Source of the DNA: an uncultured Eubacteriales bacterium
Lineage (GTDB): Bacteria > Bacillota > Clostridia > Christensenellales > CAG-138
Assembly: GCA_900545265.1 (NCBI GenBank)
Contig: UQYI01000001.1
Span: 4,145 to 68,144, forward strand
DNA length: 64,000 nucleotides
Direction of reading: 5' to 3'
In this document: in pieces, positions 1-8,767 of the stretch
Position numbering within the stretch: the first letter of the stretch is position 1
Layout: each line of letters begins with the position of its first letter
The notes under the pieces: generated by a model
Databases searched by the model: none
What the model was told of the DNA's origin: nothing
The model's input: only the letters and a program-made list of their open reading frames with translations
Translations under genes and position numbers: made by a program

Positions 1-3000
1 GGCGAACGCGGTTTGGTACAATCATTATGCACCAACACGCTTGTGTCGCCGACATAATAGGTGTGGAAGCCCTCGACCTCGAAATTGTAGACTGTGATCG
101 GCTCTTCGAGCAATTCATGCTCGACCGCTTCGACCACCACATATTCGCCATTGCTCTTAACGAGGATATCGCCTGCACGCAGGTCGATTGCATCGATCCA
201 GCCCTTTTGCGGCTGATAGAACGGGTGCGTGGGGGTTGTGGTAACGGTTGTTCCACCGTATTGCAAATGGACCAGTTCATCCGTCTCATTCACAAAGGTT
301 TGGACTACCCGTTTATATCCACTTTCTCCTGTCTCGGGGTCTGAAGCATAGACAAGGTCTCCCTCAGATATCGACTCAATCGGCACCTGCCCCGCAGCTG
401 TCAAAACCGCCGTCCCCGCAACAAAGCACACTCCACCCTTTATACCGATATAGGCAGTGCAGAGGAAGGTGCCGACCTCGGCTACTGTTGCTATCACATC
501 GCGTTGTTTTTCGTAGGCGGCCTTATCGCCTCTAAAAAAAGCATCCCGCATGAAATTCTGACCATCATTGGAGGTATCATTCGTAGCAGTAAGTCCCTCC
601 TGCACTTCCGCTATGCCATTTGCAACGGTTACAATACCAGTTGTTGTTGTCGCAGCAGCAACAGCAACCATGATAGGGGCTGCAGCGCCGCAAGTCAAGA
701 TCGTGGCACCGATAGCAACGGCTGCTAATCCGATGGAAAGCAAGCTCGCACCCGAGAAAATATTGGAAAATGAGAGACTACCCGACGGATCATAATTCGT
801 TGTAGGGTTATTCAAACAATAGGCATACATATTGTAACCCAGTACACCCTGGCCTGTTGAACTCAACGTGTCGGCTGACAAATAGCGACCAACCGTTGGG
901 TTGTAATAACGGCTCAGAAGGTAGTACCAGCCCGTTTCTTCATCATATACGTAACCATGGTAACGGAACGGGTTCAATGCGCCGAGTGTACTTGCCATGC
1001 TGCCGGTAGTTGTGCAAACGCCCCATGGATCATACGAATAGCTGACAACAGTACTGCCATTCCCATCGATTAACTTTACGATACTGCCCTGACCATCGCG
1101 CAGGTAGTAATAATACGTCCCGTTATAATCAACCGCAACAACATTGCTCTGATCATCATAACTGAATAGGAGCTTGTTAATGCCGTCATACGTCCCCATC
1201 AAAACATTACCGTTGTAATAATACTGTGTGGTCGCTGTGTCGATGGTCTTTGTTTGGCGAATGCCATCCTTATCATAGGCATAGGAAATATTGCTACCAA
1301 CACCCGTGAGCTGCAGACCATTCCAAGACAACGACTGTCCCAAATAGACGGTCGGGTTGCCGCTTGTATCGTATACAATGGACTGGCCATTGTAGCTGGT
1401 CAGTTGATCCGACCAGCCTTCCGTTGCGTAACCGTACTGGATTGTAGATGTTGCCGTGCCAAGCTCGTCGGTCGTATATGGATACAAGGTTTTCGATGTA
1501 AGGTTTCCATTGCCGTCATATGCATAAATTGCTGTATAACTGTCGGTACTGCTGTTATAGATATTTGCACGAACGAGTTGATTGGCCGCATCGTAGACAT
1601 AGGAAGATGCAGTCGATCCCTGTGCCACCGACAGGATATTGTTATTTGCATCATAGGTATAGGAGTAGGCATCATCAGTACCATTCCGATATGTATCGAG
1701 CAGAATCGAGGAAGAACCGTTTACTCCATTTTTATAGGATACGTTGATCGAATACGGAGTTGAAAGCCCTATCTGCTTGCTTTGAACTCGACCAATAGCA
1801 TCGTAAGAATTTGTAAGGACTACTCCATTTTCGAGGGTTGTTGTCAGCCCATGATTGTCCTTGTCGTAGGTATAAACCATCGACCAAGAAGAGCCGGCAA
1901 CACTTTGCTGAATCCTAGAGATGTTATTGTTCGCATCATAATGATAGAGATATGTCGATACTACAGTTCCATATGTTAACGAGTTGGAACTGCCAGTAAA
2001 GGTTTTTTCGATCGAAGCGATACAACGACCAGAATGATCGTATTCGCGAAATAGCGCCCGATTGTTCAAATAGTTTCGTTCTTCATATAACTCTCCATCG
2101 CCATTGTAAACATATTCGTAAGCAGTTGCATAAGATGTACTACCCGGAAGTTTTTGTTGAACCGCAATCAATCTGTCCAAATTGTCATATGAATATTTGA
2201 CAGCAAATCCATTTCCATACTCAACCTCGGAAAGCAAGCCGGCACTATTAAAGACATTGGTCGAAAGAGAAAATTCCCCTACTGCCAGCCCAAGCGACCG
2301 TCCCCAAACATCATAGCTGTAATTGTAACTCGTACCTCCACGGGAAATCGACTGGATTTCTCCATTCGTTGTATAAGAATAGGTGATCGGGTTGAGCCCC
2401 TCAGTTGTGATAGTCTGTAATCTGCCATAGTTTGCAGGAGACCCGTATGTATAGGTTGTCGTATTATTTCTTGCATCTGTGATAGCAGTCCTCGTACGCG
2501 AGACGGGATCGAGTGTATAAGTAACTGTATTTCCAGAAGCATCTGTTTCGTTAATTGCAATACCGGAGGCGCTGTCATACGTGGTCGTGGTGCGGATATA
2601 GTCCGCTTCAGTGCCGACCTTGGTTTCGGTCGCAAGGCCGAAATCATTATACGTGTTGGAGGTCACAACGCCCTCGGGGGAGGTGCTCGTGAGGAGGTTG
2701 TGCTTGCTGTCATAGGTATAGGTGGTCGTGTTCCCACGCGCATCCGTCATGCTCGTGAGATTGTCGTTGCTGTCATACCCGAAGCTGTTCTGCTGCCCGA
2801 TCAGCGAGACCGTGCCGGAAAGGTTGCCGTTGCTGTCATAGCTGTAGCCGGTGGCAAACTGCTCCTTGTGCAGCTGGAGACCATCGACATAGAGGACATT
2901 CAGGGAATCGGTGTACTCCACCACGATCTGCATCTGCGCATACGAGCTGGTAGCCGTGACCGTGCCGCTGGCAAACTGCCACTCGTCCGTATCCGCCGCA

Positions 3001-6000
3001 AAGTTCACATATCCGGAGCAGACAACCGTGCCGCTCGAGTTCAGGAACTGCAGCACCAGACGCTTGATTCCGTAGTCCTTGGTCGTTGTGCTGCCGCTGC
3101 TCGTATATATCTGCTGCTTGGTCTGCGGAATATTGTTGGAGGCGATCCATGCGCCGAAGGTGTAGGTATCACCCGTGCTACCGCTCAGGAAGGTTTGCTT
3201 GATTTTCTCCGCCTTCGACGTCCCGTTCATCTCGTACACCTTGCTGTCCAGGAACGACGGGTGCGTATCCCGCGCAGCGGCATACTTTGCGTCCGCCACA
3301 TCGACAATCGCACAGTAGTTGGCGTAATTCATGGTGTAGTTGCTCGTGCCGCTCGTGAAATCGCTGTTCATCACCATGTTGTAGCGATTCGGTGCTGCAC
3401 CCTTCTCTAACTGAATGGAGTCCACATACACCGTTCCGCTGCCCGCAGGCACGATTACCGCGACCGTGATCGTGCTCGACGCGGCGGTGAAGGTCAGGCT
3501 CTCGCGGTTCCAACCCGTACCGCCTGCCGTAACCGCCGGCGACTGGATTGTGCTGCTGCCATTTGTTACCTTCAGGTAGGCGGTGTTTAGCGTGCCGCTA
3601 AAGTACGCCGAAAGCGTATATGTTTGCCCCGACGTCACACTGACGCTCTGCGACAGCGTGCGTGCGGCGGAACCCGCCGTAATCTTGCAGGAATATGCGC
3701 CGGTATGCCGCCGGCTGGAATCATTCGTGAGGTTTCCGGAATCGCTCCGTGTCCATGATGAAGGCCAGGTGGATTCCTCAAAACCATGATTTTTCAGCAG
3801 ATTGACGACCGTCATCTGCATTTTGGACACGGCCTTAAGCTGCGTTACCGTCTGGCTGGCGGTATTGTATGTTGCAAAGACCGCCCGCCCCTCCGGGTCG
3901 GTCACGGATACCGGCTGGCCGATATTGTCTGTGTGGTAGACCGTTCTCCTGCCCTGCGCATCCGCCACGGTCGTCTTATTGCGGCCGTAGGTAAAGGTTA
4001 GGTACTGACCGTTTGTGCTGCCCGCTGCCTCGGCTGCGCGTGTAACGCGGTACGGCGCACCGGCAGTATAGCTGTAGGAGATGCTGTATGCGTCAATGTT
4101 CGTCGCTTTTGTCAGGCAGCGGTTACCGTTGTAAGTATAGGAGACCGTTTCCCCATCGGCATAGGTGATACCGGTCAGATTTGTGTCCGAATAGGCATAT
4201 GACACGTTCAGCCCATTCGGCGCGGTCACCTGCGAGAGCAGATCATTCGTATATGCGAGTGTCAACGCCTGCCCTGCGTCGTTGCCTGCGAGTTTTTCCG
4301 TGATGGAGGATATACGAAGGTTGGTGATCGTTGTGGTCGTATAGGCGATATTGGTCTCGTTTCCGTTTGCATCTCGGATGGTTGTCAGGCGTCCATTGGC
4401 AACAGAGGAATCGCACTCGAAGATCAGCTTATTGTCACCCTTGTCGGTGATGGTTACGGTTGTGCCGCTGATGGTCAGAACGGAATCCTTGTCCAGTTCA
4501 TTCACATACTGCGTCGTGCTGGTGCCGTCAGCCTTATAATAATGGCGCGTGCCATCGCCATCGATATACTGATAGTAGGTCGCCGTACCGCTCAGGTTGG
4601 TCACGGACACTTTTTTGAGCGATTGCGCGTAGTTGAGCCGCCAGCCATACCCGTAGCCGATGTTTGCGGTGCGGTCGTTGGTGTTATACACATGGGACAG
4701 CGAGATGGGCAGAACACCGTTGCTGACCGACGCATCGGCATGTGTCATGGTCAGGTTGCCGGAGAACGCATTGACCGATCCCGTACCTGCACGGCCGATG
4801 CTCTGGCTATAATATGCCCAGGTATCCTCAAGACCGGTAGAGTTCCGATAGATGACACTGTAGTAGGGCTTCCGGTTGGCATTTGCGGTATATTCGGAGG
4901 AAGACAGATCCGAATAGCTTCCGGTGTTGTACAGCGCAACGCCACGATTGCTGGACGGGGTTTCGTACCAATTCTTTACGATCTTGGTGATGTCGAAGGA
5001 AGTGTATTGTCCCGGCACGGTCGATACACCAAAGGAGTCCACCGCGGAATTATGTGCCGGTTTGGTATTCCAGGTGACGGTTGTGTGATTCCATGTACCC
5101 GTGATTGCCGACAGATTGATTTCCTTGTTTTCCTTGTTGGTATTGCTGTTATATCGGTTCAGATTCAATGTTGCTTTCAGGATTACATCGCCGCTTGACA
5201 ATGTGGGCAGGTTGGCATTTGGAATATAGATCAGGGCTTCATGCGACTTGCTGACACGCATGTACTGATAGGATGAATAGTTTCCGTTGCCCGAGCCGCT
5301 GTTGACAAAGGTATCCTGAACTGCGCTTGAGAAATTGATACTGACGTCCGGGTCAATGGAGAGGGGGTACTGGCGATCAGCACTTTGCAGCCATTCGGTA
5401 TCGGGAATCAGCGTGTAGGTGCAGGTGCCGGTATCCGCGTTAAACTCGGAGAGGTGCGCTTCAATCGCGCTGCTCTGTTCTCCAGCCGCGTCGTACATAA
5501 TCGCTTGTCCGAGCGTGAACACCGGCTGACCGCTGGCATTGACAAACGCAGTTGCTCCGGCTTCATCCGTCACGGGAGACACTCCCATCGCTTGGATCTC
5601 CACCGAGTAGGCGACAGCGCGTTCGGGAGCGGATGCAAGCGTGATATACTCGCGCAGCGTTTTGCCGGAGAGCACATAGCGCACGTTCAGGCCGGTAGCC
5701 GGATCGACATATGCAATTTCGGATTGAAGAGAGGAGGGGAAGCGCAGCTGCATATCGCGCTCTTCATCGGTCAGAGCAGCGACAGCTTCGGCTGATTCCG
5801 CAGAGAAAGTTTCAGTGTTTGTAACAATCTGTGCGACTGCATCCGTTATGGCGAGAGTGTCAAATGCACTGAGATCGAAAGCCGCTTCGGTCAGTTCGTC
5901 TTCAGCCGGGAGCTGTTCTTCGGAAGCGGCAGGTTCAGTCGGATTCGATTCCGCTTCCGGCGCAGGCGTTGCGGTAGGAGCAGTTTCTGCTTCGGGTTCG

Positions 6001-6734
6001 ATGATCTCCAACTCAAGGGTTGGCTCCTCAGTGCCAGGAAGCTCCGAATCGACTGCCGGATCGGCCGGCTGCGCATCCGTTTCAGATTGTGCGTCAGACG
6101 GTTCGCTCGTTTCCGTATCCACCATCTGGTCATTTTCCGGAGTTACTGCGGTTTCCGTCTCCGGTTCGGACTCAATAGACTGATCCGCTTCCGGTGGCAG
6201 AATGATCGGCTCAGTCGTGATCATCGGCTCGGGCGTCGGTTCCGGCGTCGGCTCCGGCAACGAGTCCGTTTCTGCACCGACAAAACGCCACGAGAGCGAT
6301 TGCCCGCCCGTTTCCACCGTCACCAACCGGTTGCTGCTGAACAGCGGCGCAAACGATACAATAAAGTCGCTCGCGGTGTTTCGATAGACCTGAGTGCCAT
6401 CTTCCAGCGTGACCAGCGTCAACGTATTATCGATGGGTTGCCATGCACCATTCATCAGGTAGTTGACCGGCTCGGCATATACAACGGCCTCGCGTGCGCC
6501 ATCCTCCCTGAGAAAGACGCGGATGCTTTCCGCTCTTCCGGCCGCATCTTCGCCCACCAGAGGACTATATGGAAGCTCTTGTGACCCTGAAAAGCTATTT
6601 GTCTCCGCATATGCTTCGATTGCCCGCTGTTCTTCTATCTCATCTGCGAGCGTCTTGGCCGGCGAGGCGATATAGTACACAAACATCATGACAGCCACAA
6701 GGCTCAAACTCAGAATCCGTTTGAATGCTTTCAT
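1..6734 (-). CDS. RHS/YD-repeat polymorphic toxin precursor RHS-1 (WapA-like), 3' end beyond window
   Basis: Absent from the ORF track because its stop lies left of base 1. The reverse frame from ATG 6734-6732 (RBS GGGAGAGGAAAC) has no stop down to base 1; I confirmed frame continuity at 5381, 980 and 428. Signal peptide MKAFKRILSLSLVAVMMFVYYIASPAKTLA. Acidic/PEPTPEPTPEP linker (~5830-6260). YPLSIDPDVSINF...TVTWNTKPA DNRLRE-like module (~5045-5370). NHGFEESTWPSSW CBM-like jelly-roll modules (~2850-3800). Many YD repeats. Core end FRYHGYVYDEETGWYYLLSRYYNPTVGRYLSADT...YAYCLNNPTTNYDPSG (780-980). Confidence 0.85.
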   Translation of the reverse strand, partial: MKAFKRILSLSLVAVMMFVYYIASPAKTLADEIEEQRAIEAYAETNSFSGSQELPYSPLVGEDAAGRAESIRVFLREDGAREAVVYAEPVNYLMNGAWQPIDNTLTLVTLEDGTQVYRNTASDFIVSFAPLFSSNRLVTVETGGQSLSWRFVGAETDSLPEPTPEPTPEPMITTEPIILPPEADQSIESEPETETAVTPENDQMVDTETSEPSDAQSETDAQPADPAVDSELPGTEEPTLELEIIEPEAETAPTATPAPEAESNPTEPAASEEQLPAEDELTEAAFDLSAFDTLAITDAVAQIVTNTETFSAESAEAVAALTDEERDMQLRFPSSLQSEIAYVDPATGLNVRYVLSGKTLREYITLASAPERAVAYSVEIQAMGVSPVTDEAGATAFVNASGQPVFTLGQAIMYDAAGEQSSAIEAHLSEFNADTGTCTYTLIPDTEWLQSADRQYPLSIDPDVSINFSSAVQDTFVNSGSGNGNYSSYQYMRVSKSHEALIYIPNANLPTLSSGDVILKATLNLNRYNSNTNKENKEINLSAITGTWNHTTVTWNTKPAHNSAVDSFGVSTVPGQYTSFDITKIVKNWYETPSSNRGVALYNTGSYSDLSSSEYTANANRKPYYSVIYRNSTGLEDTWAYYSQSIGRAGTGSVNAFSGNLTMTHADASVSNGVLPISLSHVYNTNDRTANIGYGYGWRLNYAQSLKKVSVTNLSGTATYYQYIDGDGTRHYYKADGTSTTQYVNELDKDSVLTISGTTVTITDKGDNKLIFECDSSVANGRLTTIRDANGNETNIAYTTTTITNLRISSITEKLAGNDAGQALTLAYTNDLLSQVTAPNGLNVSYAYSDTNLTGITYADGETVSYTYNGNRCLTKATNIDAYSISYSYTAGAPYRVTRAAEAAGSTNGQYLTFTYGRNKTTVADAQGRRTVYHTDNIGQPVSVTDPEGRAVFATYNTASQTVTQLKAVSKMQMTVVNLLKNHGFEESTWPSSWTRSDSGNLTNDSSRRHTGAYSCKITAGSAARTLSQSVSVTSGQTYTLSAYFSGTLNTAYLKVTNGSSTIQSPAVTAGGTGWNRESLTFTAASSTITVAVIVPAGSGTVYVDSIQLEKGAAPNRYNMVMNSDFTSGTSNYTMNYANYCAIVDVADAKYAAARDTHPSFLDSKVYEMNGTSKAEKIKQTFLSGSTGDTYTFGAWIASNNIPQTKQQIYTSSGSTTTKDYGIKRLVLQFLNSSGTVVCSGYVNFAADTDEWQFASGTVTATSSYAQMQIVVEYTDSLNVLYVDGLQLHKEQFATGYSYDSNGNLSGTVSLIGQQNSFGYDSNDNLTSMTDARGNTTTYTYDSKHNLLTSTSPEGVVTSNTYNDFGLATETKVGTEADYIRTTTTYDSASGIAINETDASGNTVTYTLDPVSRTRTAITDARNNTTTYTYGSPANYGRLQTITTEGLNPITYSYTTNGEIQSISRGGTSYNYSYDVWGRSLGLAVGEFSLSTNVFNSAGLLSEVEYGNGFAVKYSYDNLDRLIAVQQKLPGSTSYATAYEYVYNGDGELYEERNYLNNRALFREYDHSGRCIASIEKTFTGSSNSLTYGTVVSTYLYHYDANNNISRIQQSVAGSSWSMVYTYDKDNHGLTTTLENGVVLTNSYDAIGRVQSKQIGLSTPYSINVSYKNGVNGSSSILLDTYRNGTDDAYSYTYDANNNILSVAQGSTASSYVYDAANQLVRANIYNSSTDSYTAIYAYDGNGNLTSKTLYPYTTDELGTATSTIQYGYATEGWSDQLTSYNGQSIVYDTSGNPTVYLGQSLSWNGLQLTGVGSNISYAYDKDGIRQTKTIDTATTQYYYNGNVLMGTYDGINKLLFSYDDQSNVVAVDYNGTYYYYLRDGQGSIVKLIDGNGSTVVSYSYDPWGVCTTTGSMASTLGALNPFRYHGYVYDEETGWYYLLSRYYNPTVGRYLSADTLSSTGQGVLGYNMYAYCLNNPTTNYDPSGSLSFSNIFSGASLLSIGLAAVAIGATILTCGAAAPIMVAVAAATTTTGIVTVANGIAEVQEGLTATNDTSNDGQNFMRDAFFRGDKAAYEKQRDVIATVAEVGTFLCTAYIGIKGGVCFVAGTAVLTAAGQVPIESISEGDLVYASDPETGESGYKRVVQTFVNETDELVHLQYGGTTVTTTPTHPFYQPQKGWIDAIDLRAGDILVKSNGEYVVVEAVEHELLEEPITVYNFEVEGFHTYYVGDTSVLVHNDCTKPRS
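24..428 (-). other. Hint (intein-like) pre-toxin domain within the RHS-1 C-terminus
   Basis: Translation CFVAGTAVLTAAGQVPIESISEGDLVYASDPETGESGYKRVV...THPFYQPQKGWIDAIDLRAGDILV...PITVYNFEVEGFHTYYVGDTSVLVHN. It has the N-terminal Cys block and the C-terminal HN typical of Hint/intein folds. After HN the sequence reads DCTKPRS and runs off the window. Confidence 0.7.
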
Positions 6735-6840
6735 GTTTCCTCTCCCATGTTCTGTTTTTGCTTCGGTCTCCAGTTTCGATCGTGCGTAGAAATGACTCTT
6801 GATGACTTGTGAATATGTTATATCATATCTATACAGTTTT

Positions 6841-6876
6841 CCATATTTTGTAAATCGTGTTTACAAAGAGTTCATA
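6841..6876 (-). promoter_or_regulatory. Conserved upstream box, copy 1 (upstream of RHS-1)
   Basis: CCATATTTTGTAAATCGTGTTTACAAAGAGTTCATA. The 17-nt core TGTTTACAAAGAGTTCA (6858-6874) is identical to 20701-20717 upstream of RHS-2. It lies between a minus-strand terminator (6932-6967) and the RHS-1 start. Confidence 0.5.
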
Positions 6877-6931
6877 AAGGAGAGAAAAGTGTCGTTGCGG
6901 TGATGTACACACACAGAAAACAATAATCATG

Positions 6932-6967
6932 AACAACGAAAACAGAGTGGCAACGATGGCCACTCTG
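6932..6967 (-). terminator. Rho-independent terminator separating the orphan-cassette operon from RHS-1
   Basis: Minus strand reads CAGAGTGGC-catcgtt-GCCACTCTG followed by TTTTCGTTGTT: a perfect 9-bp stem plus a U-run. Confidence 0.65.
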
Positions 6968-7095
6968 TTCAGAATTGTGGTGGTATTTGGGATGGTGCAA
7001 TTTGCCAACCAGAAAACATAATGCAAAGCTATTGCAAGTTCTTACACTATGTTCCCGCAAATCAAATACTGGCCATCTCGTTGAACTGGTCGCAA

Positions 7096-7175
7096 TTATA
7101 GCTCTTTGATCACTGCGCCGTTACCGTCAACAATCATCGTCACGCTGCCGCGGATATCGTACCGGTAGAAGGCAT
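7096..7175 (-). pseudogene. Vestigial RHS core fragment (scar)
   Basis: Reverse translation AFYRYDIRGSVTMIVDGNGAVIKEL-stop matches the YFFYRYDIRGSVTNIVDGEGSIVKSY segment of RHS-2 and the orphan at both DNA and protein level. Only ~25 codons remain and there is no start codon. Confidence 0.6.
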
Positions 7176-7230
7176 TTGTATTTGTATTGTTATTACTTTG
7201 TCCTTGCCGTCTACTCTTTCCGTCTCTCCG

Positions 7231-8682
7231 TTAAATAAAGTCGATGGTATAGTCCCCCTCATGCATACGCGGGGCGCACCGCTCATACCGCTCCTGCAGC
7301 ATCTGCTTGATGTCGTACGGGTGCCGGTAATCCCGGTCCCAGATCGTGTCGCTGCAATCCGGCGTCAGCTTCAGCCGCCGCTTGATCAGTTTCAGGTTTT
7401 CCTCATACGTCCGATGCAGCCGCTCCTCTATCGCCACCTCGTCCCGATTCTTCAGCAGCAGGTATTCCTCCCGTTTGTTCTCCTTCGCCTCGATCACGCG
7501 CTCCATCCCCTCGTAGTCGTCCCAGCCGCGCACGCCTGGCGTCGGACGGGAAACGGAATATCCGCTTGCATCTCGCAGCGTCTTATGCCACAGTTCCTCA
7601 TACATCCGGAAAAAGCAATACTGGTTGAATACGACATTTACCGGCTCTCTCAGCAGTTTATAGTTCTCTACCGTCGGCGGCCTCCATTCACGCTCCGATG
7701 CCTGTTTAGAACAATCGTACCGTCTGTAATAGACAAACGTCCACCATTGGATCTCCATCACCGCGTCCCGCACGTTGGTGATCCTGCGCAGCATCGGTTC
7801 CACCACCTGGCCGAATATCTCCTCCACCGTATACCTTGTCCATTTGGTTAGGTGGAGATCGTCGCAAGAAAAAATATAATGAACCGAACGCGAATCATGA
7901 CGCCAGTCCTGCATTTTATTGGGCGTATCTTGAACTCTCATGACATACGGCAAACTCTCCAATTTTTCGGTCATAAAAGAGTCCAAATATGGCATGAAGG
8001 TTGGCTGAATGCTAATCAACATGTTAAATAATCCGTTATATGGCACCAGTCCGAACGATAGCAGCACCTCGTCGCGGATCAGCTTATACCACCTGTGGTA
8101 CTGGAACGTCGTAAACCCCAGTGCCGCCATCCGTTCCCCAAAGGTTTCCTGCGCATATGCATCCAGTCGCTGCGAAGCGGTCGGCTGCTTTCGCTTGTGC
8201 TTCCGCTCGCGTTTGTCGGCCTCCATCTGCTCTGCCAGCTCCGCGTCCGGCAGCAGCGGCAGCTTGAGATACGCCGCCAGTTCCTCGATCTGCTGCATCG
8301 TGTCCAGCGGGACGTCCATCATCAGCCGCTCCAGTGTCGCGCCGCCCGCGTCTTCTACGCCAAATGCCGCTGTGATCTGCGCCATGTTCTGCGGCGTTTG
8401 AGAGAGTCCTTCATCCAGCGATGACACACCGCCAGCCACCGCGTTGCCGCCCCGATAGAGCGCCAGCGCCACCGCATCTTCATCGAAACAGTAAAAGGCC
8501 AGCACGTCTATGCCGGTCTCGCGCGAAAGCGTCTCTGCATCCGCATACAAGATAAGCGGATTGTCCCAGTCGGGGTCATACACGCTGACCCGCCCATCCT
8601 GTTCCCTGCGGTGTGGGTTTGCAGCCTGCTGCTCCTTCGTCAACGTCCCCATCAAGTGCAGACTCCCGATCGTCAGTCCCAT
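7231..8682 (-). CDS. Hypothetical 483-aa cytoplasmic protein, candidate immunity partner of the orphan toxin
   Basis: Track ORF 7231..8853 trimmed to MGLTIGSLHL, which is preceded by AGAAAGGAGCGGAGAAAC (RBS). This start removes the overlap with the upstream gene. No signal peptide or TM segment and no motif I recognise. It sits directly 3' of a toxin cassette. Confidence 0.7.
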   Translation of the reverse strand: MGLTIGSLHLMGTLTKEQQAANPHRREQDGRVSVYDPDWDNPLILYADAETLSRETGIDVLAFYCFDEDAVALALYRGGNAVAGGVSSLDEGLSQTPQNMAQITAAFGVEDAGGATLERLMMDVPLDTMQQIEELAAYLKLPLLPDAELAEQMEADKRERKHKRKQPTASQRLDAYAQETFGERMAALGFTTFQYHRWYKLIRDEVLLSFGLVPYNGLFNMLISIQPTFMPYLDSFMTEKLESLPYVMRVQDTPNKMQDWRHDSRSVHYIFSCDDLHLTKWTRYTVEEIFGQVVEPMLRRITNVRDAVMEIQWWTFVYYRRYDCSKQASEREWRPPTVENYKLLREPVNVVFNQYCFFRMYEELWHKTLRDASGYSVSRPTPGVRGWDDYEGMERVIEAKENKREEYLLLKNRDEVAIEERLHRTYEENLKLIKRRLKLTPDCSDTIWDRDYRHPYDIKQMLQERYERCAPRMHEGDYTIDFI

Positions 8683-8767
8683 GTTTCTCCGCTCCTTTCT
8701 ACCCGTTCTGCCGCAAGAAAACCGGCGAACAGCTCCATCTCTTTTCCGAAACCCTTTCTGTCTTTCC

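Noticed and set aside
5815-6260. Tandem-repeat-looking DNA (GGCTCGGGCGTCGGTTCCGGCGTCGGCTCCGGC etc.)
   Set aside because: It lies inside the RHS-1 ORF and encodes the Pro/Glu/Thr/Ala acidic linker after the signal peptide. This is low-complexity coding sequence, not a stand-alone repeat element.
6829-7060. Two small overlapping minus-strand ORFs (65 and 62 aa) in the spacer upstream of RHS-1
   Set aside because: They lie in AT-rich leader/terminator DNA, have no RBS, overlap each other in different frames, and span the terminator hairpin and the conserved box.
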